Origin: an uncultured virus (IMG/VR IMGVR_UViG_3300048504_000529)
Lineage: Duplodnaviria > Heunggongvirae > Uroviricota > Caudoviricetes
Strand: one strand, 5' to 3'
Length of the DNA: 64,000 nucleotides
Virus record (IMG/VR): IMGVR_UViG_3300048504_000529
This document shows, piece by piece, positions 29,523 to 39,719 of this stretch. The position numbers were made by a program, and so were the translations under genes. Numbering within the stretch: position 1 is the first letter of the stretch; each line of letters begins with the position of its first letter. The notes under the pieces were generated by a model. That model saw nothing but the letters and a program-made list of their open reading frames with translations. It was not told where the DNA came from and ran no database searches.

Positions 29523-29781
29523 TTTGCTTGATAATTCGAAGTGTGCAATCAGCAGTTCCTTTGATGATTCTATGAAATGTATTTTTGGGTATTGTAATCA
29601 AATTGTTTAATGACACAGGCAGTTGATCGTCAAACTGAAATTTCCAATCAGTAAAATGAGTTGCTTCTATAACACGTTCTTCTGCATCAAGATGCCATAT
29701 CAAATCTGTTTCAGGAGTGTCCGCAGAAAATGTGCGAAGGTAAGTATTATCCCAAATTTTTTGTTCTGTATAAGGATTCAT
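29503..29781 (-). CDS. Cupin-like conserved phage protein
   Basis: LIWHLD.E.R, WKFQFD, IPK..FHR.IKG. Confidence 0.7.
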   Translation of the reverse strand: MNPYTEQKIWDNTYLRTFSADTPETDLIWHLDAEERVIEATHFTDWKFQFDDQLPVSLNNLITIPKNTFHRIIKGTADCTLRIIKQNESATN

Positions 29782-30375
29782 TTACCAATAGGTATTCTGA
29801 TTATCTCCCATGCCGAGTTGTTTTGCATAACGTGGTAAATTGCACGACCAATATCCCGCTTTGGTTCTATCTTTCTTGGTAGAACAATTATGACGATCAG
29901 CAAATGCCTTTCGTTTTGTTGGGTCTTTAAACTTTACACTTAATCCTGTGGTATCACCGAATGAAACCTTCTTAATGTTACCTGTGCTTGGGTCTTTTAC
30001 ATAAACATAAAATTTCTTTTTACCACCTCGTTTTGGTTTATTAAGTTCCACATCTTTTCCTTGGTATTCGGATTCGTGAATTTGAAACGGACAATCAAGT
30101 GGAACACGCATATCATTATATTCACCCCAAGTTCCGATGTCTGTGTTTTCAATTAAATGTTGATCAATTTCACTCAACTGAATTTTACCTTGTGCATGAA
30201 GAGTTCTTGCTTCTACAAACAAATCAAGGTACGAGTCTGATCCGTAACGAAAAACACCCTCAACCAAAGTAGAGTGGTTCTCAAGATGATACTCAAGATG
30301 CTTGGATACTTTAATGTTAGTAAGAAGACTTTTAATTTCTTCTTTGATAATTGATTTTATTTCGGAAATCTTCAT
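29782..30375 (-). CDS. Putative internal head protein with leader motif
   Basis: MKISEIKSIIKEEI leader; IHE then EYQG..V.LNKP..KKFYVYV..SFGD..RHNC..YWSC domain. Confidence 0.7.
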   Translation of the reverse strand: MKISEIKSIIKEEIKSLLTNIKVSKHLEYHLENHSTLVEGVFRYGSDSYLDLFVEARTLHAQGKIQLSEIDQHLIENTDIGTWGEYNDMRVPLDCPFQIHESEYQGKDVELNKPKRGGKKKFYVYVKDPSTGNIKKVSFGDTTGLSVKFKDPTKRKAFADRHNCSTKKDRTKAGYWSCNLPRYAKQLGMGDNQNTYW

Positions 30376-30414
30376 GTAAATATATATATTACACGAACTT
30401 ATTTTAGCAGTCAA

Positions 30415-32334
30415 TTATTTAATTAAAGTGGTGGTTGTATCTATATTTTTAATGAATTCTAAAATAAAGGAAAAAACTGGATCAGATGACACGGGTAAAT
30501 AGTGTCCAGCAGTGCTACTTTCGTATTGCAATGAATTTTCAAATTTTGATGCCAAGTCTGGTGCCATATCCTTGAATCCATAATCGTATGCTCCTGAAAA
30601 TACAACTGATGGAATATCAAATGGAGAATTTGAATTTATAGTTTGCATTAGTCCTGTGTGAGTATAGGGTAAATACCCATTGTACATCAAAGCAAACTTA
30701 AATTGGTTGGATGTATTTGCTAAGTAAACCGGAATAAAAGCTGCACCCTGTGAATATCCTAGAATTCCCTCAAATGGACCATGTTCTGATATTAAATTAT
30801 TCAGATAGTTTATTGAATCATTTGCCCAATTTGGATCATCTGTTGGGTAGTCTTTGCCACCCGGAGGATCTTGTATCCATAAATTATTGGTTGGTGCATC
30901 TGCAAAAACAAATTCGTAGTCAACCAAAGCATCTATAAGTTCTGTTAGACCCGATTGATTATTAAAACTAGACGGTGTTTCACCCCCTCCGTGTAGTGCT
31001 AGAATTTTTTTTTTTAAATTTGCATTTACCAAGTTCGTTGGAGTTGGAGTTTCTACATCAAACGGATCATAATATGTATCTGAAATTGGTGTTGGTAATA
31101 TGGTATTTGTTGGAGTAGGTGTGGGTGTTGGTTCAAACGGTGCTTCAGGAGCAATATCAGATACATCATAATCATCGGCCTTGGTATAGTCCACACCATA
31201 TCCTAAATCTTCTAAAAATCCAATTGTTATTTTACTAAGGGGTAGAGGTATTCTATTTGCATCAGACCATCCTGTCATAAGTTCATGTTCAAGACCAGGA
31301 TGAAATACACCATTTATTTTACGATCATTTTGAGATACCGTTCCCGTCAGTGAAGTCGCATGACCTTCTTCTGGATGTCCAATTGCCGTTCCGGGTCCTC
31401 CGTCATCTTCAATGGGTATACCCACCAAACCATTTATGTCCGGAAAATAATTTCTATATTCCCGAAGTGCATTAGAACCATTGTAATATTTTTTCATTTT
31501 TCCGTCACCACTATCAAAATAATCAACCACAGATTTATTTAAAACCACGTCAGCTGAGAAATTGATTGGACCTATTCCTATTATATGCCCAATTTCATGC
31601 AACGATACATAATACATTTCATTTCTGCCATTTTCCAATTTATTATCAAACATTTTATCCATGTACGAAGTACTGAGTTTGAAAAAACCCTCACTCACAA
31701 AAACATTTCCGAAATCCCACGAACCATCTAAAAGCACTACACTTGTCGGTGAAGCTTGACCTAGAACTCCAGGTTCAAGTACTTCAAAATCAACAGAAAC
31801 TTCAATTTGTAAATCTCTACCATCTTGCCAAGTTGGTGTACGTGTAATAATTTCGTCCCAACGATTAAATGCATCAATAAAAATTCTTTTATATTTTGGA
31901 TCATTATATCTGGAGATTCCACTCGTATTATTTATTTTAAATTTAAATCTACCATTTGGTTTTGACACAAACTCATCACCTAATACTGGAGTGGGAGTTG
32001 GTTCTGCAACAGGACATATATCTGTGATTAGACCAAAATTATTATCTTTACTATTAGAAACATTAAAGTGTGGTATCTCAATATTTGATGTCCCGGAACT
32101 CAAAACAATCCAATATGCTTTACCACATTCAAGTGTAGTAAAAGAATTTAAAAATACAGGAGCAGATTTATTATATGTATGTACACCATCTCCTGATTCA
32201 GAGAATTGATATACAGAAAAAATTGCATCATTTTCATCCTGCGATGTTAGATCATAAGATTCACATTCATTTTCGCAGTTACCATACCAACCTAAAAAGG
32301 TTGTATAACTATTTTCGTTTTGAGTCAATATCAT
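30415..32334 (-). CDS. Modular protein: shared N-terminal domain, leishmanolysin-like Zn metallopeptidase, FSH1-like serine hydrolase
   Basis: HEIGH, GGPGT..GHPEE, ELMT; LALHGGG, GYSQG, GH; PTPTP linkers. Confidence 0.8.
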   Translation of the reverse strand: MILTQNENSYTTFLGWYGNCENECESYDLTSQDENDAIFSVYQFSESGDGVHTYNKSAPVFLNSFTTLECGKAYWIVLSSGTSNIEIPHFNVSNSKDNNFGLITDICPVAEPTPTPVLGDEFVSKPNGRFKFKINNTSGISRYNDPKYKRIFIDAFNRWDEIITRTPTWQDGRDLQIEVSVDFEVLEPGVLGQASPTSVVLLDGSWDFGNVFVSEGFFKLSTSYMDKMFDNKLENGRNEMYYVSLHEIGHIIGIGPINFSADVVLNKSVVDYFDSGDGKMKKYYNGSNALREYRNYFPDINGLVGIPIEDDGGPGTAIGHPEEGHATSLTGTVSQNDRKINGVFHPGLEHELMTGWSDANRIPLPLSKITIGFLEDLGYGVDYTKADDYDVSDIAPEAPFEPTPTPTPTNTILPTPISDTYYDPFDVETPTPTNLVNANLKKKILALHGGGETPSSFNNQSGLTELIDALVDYEFVFADAPTNNLWIQDPPGGKDYPTDDPNWANDSINYLNNLISEHGPFEGILGYSQGAAFIPVYLANTSNQFKFALMYNGYLPYTHTGLMQTINSNSPFDIPSVVFSGAYDYGFKDMAPDLASKFENSLQYESSTAGHYLPVSSDPVFSFILEFIKNIDTTTTLIK

Positions 32335-32355
32335 TAGTTTTTTTCCATTTAAATT

Positions 32356-32679
32356 TTAACAAAATTCAACAATTTTTCCTATTGGTTCTGAATTATAATA
32401 TGAACATTTAAAATTCATTAAATCTAGCTCAGATGTACCTTTCTTTAATACGATCCAGTAACCACGGCCACATTCTAATTTCGTAAAAGATTGTAAAAAA
32501 TCAGGTGCACCCGACAGATATGTTTGCACACCTGAACCATTTTCGTTGAATTGATAAACTGCATGAATTAAATCTTCACTGAGTTTTAGATTATACTCAG
32601 AGCATTCTTCACTACAATAACCATACCAACCGAAATATGTTGTAAATGAATTTTCATCTTGTTTTAATTTATTTTCCAT
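32356..32679 (-). CDS. Stand-alone copy of the shared N-terminal domain
   Basis: GWYG.C..C, AP.FL..F..LECG..YWIVL. Confidence 0.75.
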   Translation of the reverse strand: MENKLKQDENSFTTYFGWYGYCSEECSEYNLKLSEDLIHAVYQFNENGSGVQTYLSGAPDFLQSFTKLECGRGYWIVLKKGTSELDLMNFKCSYYNSEPIGKIVEFC

Positions 32680-32698
32680 TTCTCAGACCTCTTAATTA

Positions 32699-35164
32699 TT
32701 AATCCACTCTAAAATTATTTATATAAAATCCCAGTTCCTCATCGGCAATTTGTAAATTTCTATCTACAAACCATGACTTCATTGACATAGTATTAAAATC
32801 ATAATTTATTGACATTGTATGTGGATACTTTTTAAGTTCACTTTGAACAAACTCAAATAATCCACTCATTGTAAAATAACCAAACGAATCGTCAGGTGAG
32901 ACCTCGTTTTCATTTTCATCAACTATTGATACAATTTCGTGATTTTCTACTGATATAATTACTGTTTTTGTCGTTTCTTCATGGCAAAAGCAACTCCATG
33001 CAAAATCAAAAGTGTAATTTGGAATATTTTCGTCAAACCATCCTCTTTTTACTTTATGGAATTCATCCATATTAAACTCACACGGTGGAAAATTACATTC
33101 AAGTTTCGGATCTCTAACAACAAATTTTCCGTCATTACCACATGGTCTTAAATCTTTTGGACAACCAATTATTGGATCATCGTCAACATATTCGAATGAA
33201 TTCACGTAGACCAACTTTCCCCACATAAAAATGCTTACTTGATCTTCTTTTGTGTATGAATCTGTAATCTTTATCACATGACCCTCTTTTCCTTTTAATT
33301 CACGTTGTAAATTTAATGGTAAAAATCTGATTTCAGAGTCCTCTTCAACGATGTCAAGGTGTACTGGTTCTTCTTTTGAAACTATTCCGTAAAATCCTCC
33401 CTCAAGATCTATGTATTTTACATAACCAACTATTTCTGGTAATTCTACTTTTTCTGTTGGGTCTAAGTATTTGTATTCTTCTGCCATTGACTCAAAGTTA
33501 TTCTTTGTTTGGTAGCAACTTTGATCAAAAACTAAATTATTTTGACCACCCATGTATCCATGATATGCACATAAATAAGAAATTACTTCAAAGTTACCTT
33601 TGACATAAATTGTAACATCTCCATAATATCCACTGCCATAAGGACCCACTGCTTTTTGAGTACCAATTATTTCAATTAAAGATGTATCAGTTGATTCGAG
33701 TAAAATTGGATGTGCAGACGAAACATCTTTTATTAAATATCTTCCAACTCCAACATGATAAACACCCGTGTGAGATTCATCTCCGTTTAAATACATAATT
33801 CCATTCGCATAACCCATTACATTTATGTACTCAAGGCAATTTCCTTCCATATCAGGATATGGTTCACGGTCTGTGTAGTCTGGAGCAAATTGAGTTTGTG
33901 GAGTTGGAGTTATTCCAACTAAAGGAGTTGGAGTTTTTTCTGAGTTATCTAGTGTTCTCATAAACACAAAGTCTATTCTTGACTCTGATTTAAGATAGTC
34001 TCCTTCATAACAGTTTCCGTCTGTGGATGTAAATGTTACTATACCATTACTCAAATTTGTCACAAAGAATTTTAGTGATCCTACTGCCACATCATTAATG
34101 TACGCAATCTTAGATGTAGCAAAATCATCAAAAGTTGGATTTTGTATTGAATTAATATCAAAGCAAAGTTCACCCCTTGGAAACTTGATATAACTTGCAA
34201 TTGTCATCACATTTCCATTGAATTCATATTGAAAATTTTTGACATCAGTTGTATCATCAGTCAGCATAGTCGCATAGTCATCTGCACAACAACTTTGAAC
34301 AGGGGTAGGTGTTGGTGTTGGTTCAGGTAAAATTCTTGGTACATTGAACGAAAAAATTTCTGTACACCAATGGTACATATCAATTGGACGATACTCATCA
34401 GGTGGTGATCCCAACGGCAGAGATGAACCACCAAACCCAGAACCATTAACATCTATATTTGCTAAATAAATACACGCATAATTTATTTTATCCGTGAGTA
34501 ATCCACGAACCTCAAATTCATATGTGTCGGCATCGGAATCCCATTCAACTAAATTTGTATATTCATAGTTGCTAAATTTATTATTTGATGCGTTTGGAAA
34601 ATATCTTCCTTTAAAATTTAGTCCGCCAGGAGCACCAAAGTTTCCAGAACCACCTCTTTCAACATCAGACTCGTCAGTAAATGCAATTGCATATGGATTT
34701 GTGAAACGTTGTCCTTCACGGTTAGTAACTTTTATGGTAACTTTTGCTTTACTTGTATTTTCATTATCTGATACCTCACCCTCATATTCAAAATCAGAAA
34801 CAGTAATTTCAAACTTAGGACCAATATCAAATGAATCCAAACATTTCTTCAAGTAACCAATTTTTTCGGACGAAGAAAATGATTGAGTTAAATTTGGAAT
34901 ATTTAAAGACTTTAAATCGTCATCTCCTGGTTGCAATACAATGTAATACATTCTACCACAAACTAACTCTGAGAAATCTCTTAAAAATGCAGGAGCAGAT
35001 GAAAGAAAAGAGGCTACTCCCTTGGCATCCTCTTTAAATTCGTACACAGCATAAATTACATCCAAGTGCTGAGTTAAATCAAAGTTATTACAATTATCTG
35101 AACAATCTCCGTACCAACCGGTAAAGATAGTATATTCGTTTTTTACTTGAGTCAATGTTGCCAT
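32699..35164 (-). CDS. Modular protein: shared N-terminal domain plus several accessory domains
   Basis: Same N-terminal domain; PTPTP linkers; HP..YLCAYHGYMGG; LEGGFYGI; Cys-rich CPKD..C..C..PPC; DUF6174-like SCFC..IADEE tail. Confidence 0.7.
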   Translation of the reverse strand: MATLTQVKNEYTIFTGWYGDCSDNCNNFDLTQHLDVIYAVYEFKEDAKGVASFLSSAPAFLRDFSELVCGRMYYIVLQPGDDDLKSLNIPNLTQSFSSSEKIGYLKKCLDSFDIGPKFEITVSDFEYEGEVSDNENTSKAKVTIKVTNREGQRFTNPYAIAFTDESDVERGGSGNFGAPGGLNFKGRYFPNASNNKFSNYEYTNLVEWDSDADTYEFEVRGLLTDKINYACIYLANIDVNGSGFGGSSLPLGSPPDEYRPIDMYHWCTEIFSFNVPRILPEPTPTPTPVQSCCADDYATMLTDDTTDVKNFQYEFNGNVMTIASYIKFPRGELCFDINSIQNPTFDDFATSKIAYINDVAVGSLKFFVTNLSNGIVTFTSTDGNCYEGDYLKSESRIDFVFMRTLDNSEKTPTPLVGITPTPQTQFAPDYTDREPYPDMEGNCLEYINVMGYANGIMYLNGDESHTGVYHVGVGRYLIKDVSSAHPILLESTDTSLIEIIGTQKAVGPYGSGYYGDVTIYVKGNFEVISYLCAYHGYMGGQNNLVFDQSCYQTKNNFESMAEEYKYLDPTEKVELPEIVGYVKYIDLEGGFYGIVSKEEPVHLDIVEEDSEIRFLPLNLQRELKGKEGHVIKITDSYTKEDQVSIFMWGKLVYVNSFEYVDDDPIIGCPKDLRPCGNDGKFVVRDPKLECNFPPCEFNMDEFHKVKRGWFDENIPNYTFDFAWSCFCHEETTKTVIISVENHEIVSIVDENENEVSPDDSFGYFTMSGLFEFVQSELKKYPHTMSINYDFNTMSMKSWFVDRNLQIADEELGFYINNFRVD

Positions 35165-35249
35165 ATTTTTTACCTATTTTTATTTTTATAAATATAATAA
35201 AAATAAATAAATACCGACATTTAAACCCGTTTTGGGGTTTAAAATTTGA

Positions 35250-35741
35250 TCAACTCCCGTACTTTACGATATATGTTTTAAAATATGCCTGTGGTCCTTC
35301 AAACAGATGTTCTATCATTGCATACACAATTTTCCAACTTCCACCTGCTAATCCACTAGACATTCCATGTGGAATACCCAAACACTTTTCATTTAAAAAA
35401 TTTAATCTGTTTCTTAACAAAAGAAGATTTTTGTATAATGCTTCGTAATTTACTTCACGACCAAATCCTGCTCTTTCCTGAGTATATAAATTGAAAATCT
35501 TTCCAGATCGTTCATCGTCAAGTTTAACATCTGCAAATGAAAATTCTCCTAATGTATTTAATCCTGCTTTGTCTGCTTCATCGTCTGCTTTTTTTGCTTC
35601 GGAGTAACGGTCTGCTATTTGTTTTGCAATACCAGCACCCATGACATTCATTGTATTACAACAATGAGCAATGCTTGTAATTCCACGTGGAAAGTCTAGC
35701 AGATTTCCATGAATAAATCCTATTTCATTTTTATTCTCCAT
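35250..35741 (-). CDS. Macro domain protein (ADP-ribose binding or hydrolase)
   Basis: GNLL, IAHCCN..MGAGIA, NLYTQ, GLAGG.W. Confidence 0.88.
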   Translation of the reverse strand: MENKNEIGFIHGNLLDFPRGITSIAHCCNTMNVMGAGIAKQIADRYSEAKKADDEADKAGLNTLGEFSFADVKLDDERSGKIFNLYTQERAGFGREVNYEALYKNLLLLRNRLNFLNEKCLGIPHGMSSGLAGGSWKIVYAMIEHLFEGPQAYFKTYIVKYGS

Positions 35742-35778
35742 GTTTCTTTGATTCTACATCTAACATTTTGTTCATAAT

Positions 35779-36045
35779 TTATTTTTTGCTTATAAATTTA
35801 TCAAAATATCCTTCTTTTAATTTCAGTTCAGATTCTATCATAGGTGCTACCGTTTCTCCAACTTCTATTTCGTGTTCTTTGCTCAAAGAATCAAGCAAAG
35901 CAACTATTTTCTTTCCCATTTTATTACGACTTTCCTCACCAATAAGAAATATGTTATCAGCAGTAACAAGCATAAGATCATCCATTTTTATGATAATCGC
36001 ATTAACTGTATCGGAATTTCCACGCACTCCAAGTTTTATTTTCAT
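35779..36045 (-). CDS. Hypothetical protein
   Basis: Start moved to internal ATG. Confidence 0.55.
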   Translation of the reverse strand: MKIKLGVRGNSDTVNAIIIKMDDLMLVTADNIFLIGEESRNKMGKKIVALLDSLSKEHEIEVGETVAPMIESELKLKEGYFDKFISKK

Positions 36046-36163
36046 AATTAATTTCTTTTGATATATTCGTAGATGCCTGTTCCCACAAAATATCCGACAA
36101 TTGCACAAATGATGTAACTCATCATTTTGCTATCAGCACAAGCAATTGTTGAAACAACTTTAT

Positions 36164-36409
36164 TCACTTACACGAAGAAATACAACTCCAGTCGTTTGGA
36201 GCATCATCTTTTAAGTCACACGCAATTTCAATGTTGCTGATATGATGCCATGCTTCATTCGCAAACTCTGTGCTTTTTTTGAATACGTCAGTTAAATTTT
36301 GTGTTTCAATAAAATTAACAAGAACTGCAACATCTTCTTGAATACATTCAAGACGGTGGTTCAATGTAGTTTTATATTTTTGTTTTATTATCGTGTCCAT
36401 AATTACCAA
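36164..36409 (-). CDS. Hypothetical protein
   Basis: Small ORF in operon. Confidence 0.55.
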   Translation of the reverse strand: MVIMDTIIKQKYKTTLNHRLECIQEDVAVLVNFIETQNLTDVFKKSTEFANEAWHHISNIEIACDLKDDAPNDWSCISSCK

Positions 36410-36681
36410 GGTAAATCTGCGTCAGTAAAATCATTCTGACGAATTACTATTTGTGCGTATCTACAAGCATTCACTTGACTAGTTCTTGAGTTTTTATCAA
36501 GCAGTTTTTCTTCATCACTTGCATCTTCTGCAATTCCACATCCGTGTTCATAGAAATCAGCAAGTTCTCCTATAAGTTCAAATGCTCGTTTGCGTCCTGC
36601 TTCAAATCCATTTGCGTATCCTTTGTCGTACCCACGTTCATGAGAAATGTGTTCTGTAATTTCTTCACTCATATTACTCAC
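36403..36681 (-). CDS. Hypothetical protein
   Basis: GY..GY..GF..G motif. Confidence 0.6.
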   Translation of the reverse strand: MSNMSEEITEHISHERGYDKGYANGFEAGRKRAFELIGELADFYEHGCGIAEDASDEEKLLDKNSRTSQVNACRYAQIVIRQNDFTDADLPW

Positions 36682-36831
36682 TCATCCACACACCGACATC
36701 TCGTCCTGTGCTTTGTTTGATTTGTTGTTCTGCTTCTTCAATGATAGCATCCCAATTGTATTGTGTTCCACCGAATTGATCGGTATATGAACTTAGTTTA
36801 ATTGTTACTTCTTCTTCAGTCTCTGTTTCAC

Positions 36832-37035
36832 TCATTTTATGTATTCTCGTTCTTGTAGGTTTAATTTGAATTCTTGTTCAAACTCTTTTAATGATTTAGC
36901 ATCTTTTTTTATTTCCGAAATTGTTTCTGATAAATTGCCCTTAAATAAACCAAGATCAACATCATAATGAAATTTAATTTTGTCAACCAGATTCCATGTT
37001 TTAGTAAACTCTGTGTAAGTTAACAATTTGTTCAT
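36832..37035 (-). CDS. Hypothetical protein
   Basis: Overlapping operon arrangement. Confidence 0.55.
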   Translation of the reverse strand: MNKLLTYTEFTKTWNLVDKIKFHYDVDLGLFKGNLSETISEIKKDAKSLKEFEQEFKLNLQEREYIK

Positions 37036-37259
37036 ACCGTAATATCAATTTTGGTATTCTGCTTTTGAAATTCGTTCCAAGATGCCCACATTTTTTCGTA
37101 ACGCACCTTATGCAAACCAATAACTCCGATGAGCATATTCATAAGTTCATCTTCGGTAGGTTGTGTTGGAGCATCTCCTACTTTATACAATATCGTTTCA
37201 AGTTCGTTGAAGATATCGTGGGTATCTGACATATCTGATTCAAATTGCTCCATTTTCAT
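37032..37259 (-). CDS. Conserved phage hypothetical protein
   Basis: DELMN.L.G...L...RYEK.W. Confidence 0.6.
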   Translation of the reverse strand: MKMEQFESDMSDTHDIFNELETILYKVGDAPTQPTEDELMNMLIGVIGLHKVRYEKMWASWNEFQKQNTKIDITV

Positions 37260-37545
37260 TATTTTTTACTGCCTCTTTTACTGATTCTTCTACAAGTTCA
37301 TTGAAACTCATATTTCGTTCGTGTGCGAATTTAAGAAACTTAAAATATTCTTCATCATCAAAATCTAGTTCAACGGTTTCGTATTTGATTTTACGACAAC
37401 TGAAACCACCATTTTCAGTTTCTTCCCACTTTAATTCGTCACCTGGTTTCCATCCAAGATTCTTCATTAAAACTGGTGGAAGTTCAAAAAACAAATCTTT
37501 TGTTTGTTTATCTTCTTGTATATTAACTTCGTATAAATTACTCAT
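37240..37545 (-). CDS. AbrB/MazE/SpoVT-like DNA-binding protein with ribbon-helix-helix-like tail
   Basis: LP...M..LGWKPGDEL.W; AHERNMSFNELV. Confidence 0.65.
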   Translation of the reverse strand: MSNLYEVNIQEDKQTKDLFFELPPVLMKNLGWKPGDELKWEETENGGFSCRKIKYETVELDFDDEEYFKFLKFAHERNMSFNELVEESVKEAVKNNENGAI

Positions 37546-37840
37546 CGTGCATATCTTTCGTTACATATTTGTTTTGATCATTAAGTACATCACTTTCATC
37601 AATCCATTTGTTTGCGTACTTGAAAAACTTTTCTATTTTCAAAATCTCAAATTGCCATTTTTTATGTTTTGCCATTTCAATTTGAAATGCTAATGCTTGA
37701 TCAGCATCTTCACACATATAATAATGATAATTGGGAATTGTATTACCTGTAGTCAGATACTTAATCCGATATTCGTGTATCGGAGTTTGACTATACCTTT
37801 TCTTGTTCATCGTAAATACTGGTTCCTCAAGTACTAACAT
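37538..37840 (-). CDS. Hypothetical protein
   Basis: 100-aa ORF in operon. Confidence 0.6.
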   Translation of the reverse strand: MLVLEEPVFTMNKKRYSQTPIHEYRIKYLTTGNTIPNYHYYMCEDADQALAFQIEMAKHKKWQFEILKIEKFFKYANKWIDESDVLNDQNKYVTKDMHDE

Positions 37841-38057
37841 CTTTTGTAAGTGATTCTTTTTTAATTACTCTAACTGAAATGTGGTGATCATCTTGTTCTT
37901 TCGCAATTTCAAGAGTTACTTTGTCGCACGGATTGTTCGGTGACCAAAATACTTCATTGATAATGTTTAAAATAGAACTTGGATGAAGTCCACCGTGATT
38001 AACATTTTCTGAATAAGGATCTTTTGCAACTCGTTCAACAATTTCGTGTATGTTCAT
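37827..38057 (-). CDS. Hypothetical protein
   Basis: 76-aa ORF in operon. Confidence 0.6.
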   Translation of the reverse strand: MNIHEIVERVAKDPYSENVNHGGLHPSSILNIINEVFWSPNNPCDKVTLEIAKEQDDHHISVRVIKKESLTKDVST

Positions 38058-38287
38058 TGTGCTTGTAGATCAGATTTAATTTCAGTTAAAACATCTGCAA
38101 GCAATTCTGATCTTTCATGTAGAAGTTCGTATTCTGATTTTTCACAATTAAGAATTTCGGAACGACCTTCTTCATTTGCAGTTCTAAGAGCAGTTGTAAG
38201 AAAACTATCTGCCTTTTTTTCTTCACGTTCGGCAATATTTTCAAGTTTGCTTACAATGGATAATTGGGTTTCATTCATAATAATCAT
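38054..38287 (-). CDS. Hypothetical protein
   Basis: First gene after TTGACA-17-TATTAT (38297-38325). Confidence 0.6.
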   Translation of the reverse strand: MIIMNETQLSIVSKLENIAEREEKKADSFLTTALRTANEEGRSEILNCEKSEYELLHERSELLADVLTEIKSDLQAQ

Positions 38288-38328
38288 AATTTTTATATAA
38301 TATAATTTTAATAATAGTTTGTCAAGGA

Positions 38329-39498
38329 TTATTCGTAATCTCTGAATGCGATTGCGTATGGAAATCTTGGAATTCCGTCAGGAGTCAACTCAAAATATTT
38401 AATGGTTGCTTGCTTTCCAATATAATATTCTTTATTTTTAAGAATTTCCGCAAGATATTCGTGAGTTCCTTTAATGTTGCTATTGAAAGTTTGTCCAGTT
38501 GCTTCGTTTTTGCAAGTCAAATTCTTTGCAGTTCCGGCACGATTTCCGTCACCCTCTTCAATTCCAATAACAAGATATTCGGCATCGGTGAAATCTTTGC
38601 GTTTCAATAAAAGTTTGCTTCGTTTGTTTTCGTAAGGACCATTCACACGAACGATTTGACCTTCATATCCAAACTCCATATAAGTGTCGTAGTATTCGTC
38701 AAGTTCTTTCATATCATTAACGATTGCAGTTTTAACAATAACACATGACTTCAATTCAGGAAAATCACATCCAAAGAACCTTGGATGAAAATCATCAGAT
38801 TCGCCGAGACCACCACATCTTGGAACATCATAAATCCAATACTGAATTTTTTCTTTTGCTTCTGTTAATGCAATCGCAAACTTTTCCTCTTTCTTTGCGA
38901 AAGTTTTGTCAGTATCCTTTTCACTACGAACAGGTTTCATTTTACGAACAAGTGAAATGATTTTATTGAAATCATTTTTGTAATCGTGGTTGTAAAGTTC
39001 TCCGTCTAAAATTGCGTTTGGATTTTCTGCAAAGAAAGGTTGCAACTCTTCAAGAATATGAACAACTGAATCAATGGGTTTACCTTGACGAGATTTAGCA
39101 ACAAGTTCACCATCTTGCATATAAACCACACAACGAACTCCATCTAATTTGGGTTGTGAATATAAAGGAAATTCAAGTCCATCTACTCTGTCTTCAAACT
39201 TTTGAGCAAGCATTGGAGTATACAAAGTAATTTTATGAACATCATCAACATTTTCTACATATCCTTTATCAAGATACTTGGTGTACTTTGCCGATGCTTC
39301 TGCTAATGCTTGTTGCTCAGGAGAAGTTTCGTTGCTACGACCTTCGTTTTTGGTGGTAGTGATGGTAGGTTTATTGATAACAATTTTACCATCAATTAAT
39401 CCTTGTTCTGTCCAAAAAGAATTGTTTTTGACTTTGACCGTCCATTGACGAATCTTTCCTTTAGTATCTACTTTGTATAATGTTTTTAATTCACTCAT
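38329..39498 (-). CDS. ATP-dependent DNA ligase with N-terminal WGR-like domain
   Basis: PMLA, QPKLDGVR (motif I), LDGELY, EGQIVR, KRS..LLKRK, PRFP. Confidence 0.93.
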   Translation of the reverse strand: MSELKTLYKVDTKGKIRQWTVKVKNNSFWTEQGLIDGKIVINKPTITTTKNEGRSNETSPEQQALAEASAKYTKYLDKGYVENVDDVHKITLYTPMLAQKFEDRVDGLEFPLYSQPKLDGVRCVVYMQDGELVAKSRQGKPIDSVVHILEELQPFFAENPNAILDGELYNHDYKNDFNKIISLVRKMKPVRSEKDTDKTFAKKEEKFAIALTEAKEKIQYWIYDVPRCGGLGESDDFHPRFFGCDFPELKSCVIVKTAIVNDMKELDEYYDTYMEFGYEGQIVRVNGPYENKRSKLLLKRKDFTDAEYLVIGIEEGDGNRAGTAKNLTCKNEATGQTFNSNIKGTHEYLAEILKNKEYYIGKQATIKYFELTPDGIPRFPYAIAFRDYE

Positions 39499-39532
39499 AT
39501 TTTTTCTCTTAACTCAATTTCGTTATGTTATA

Positions 39533-39561
39533 ACTTTACCATCATTCTTATAAAAAGTCAA
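39533..39561 (-). promoter_or_regulatory. Early promoter variant upstream of ligase
   Basis: TTGACTTTTTATAA-type -35/spacer, -10 TAAAGT. Confidence 0.65.
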
Positions 39562-39719
39562 GTTAATTCTTGATTTTTTGCTTTTGTTTTTGTGGTGGTT
39601 TTGTTTTAAAATTACTTGTTCCTACGTTCTTGTAATGCACTTGATATCCATCACTCCAAATTGTTACTTGGTCGCCTTCACGAAGTTCTATAGTAAGATT
39701 ACGAAGAATCTGATGAAAA

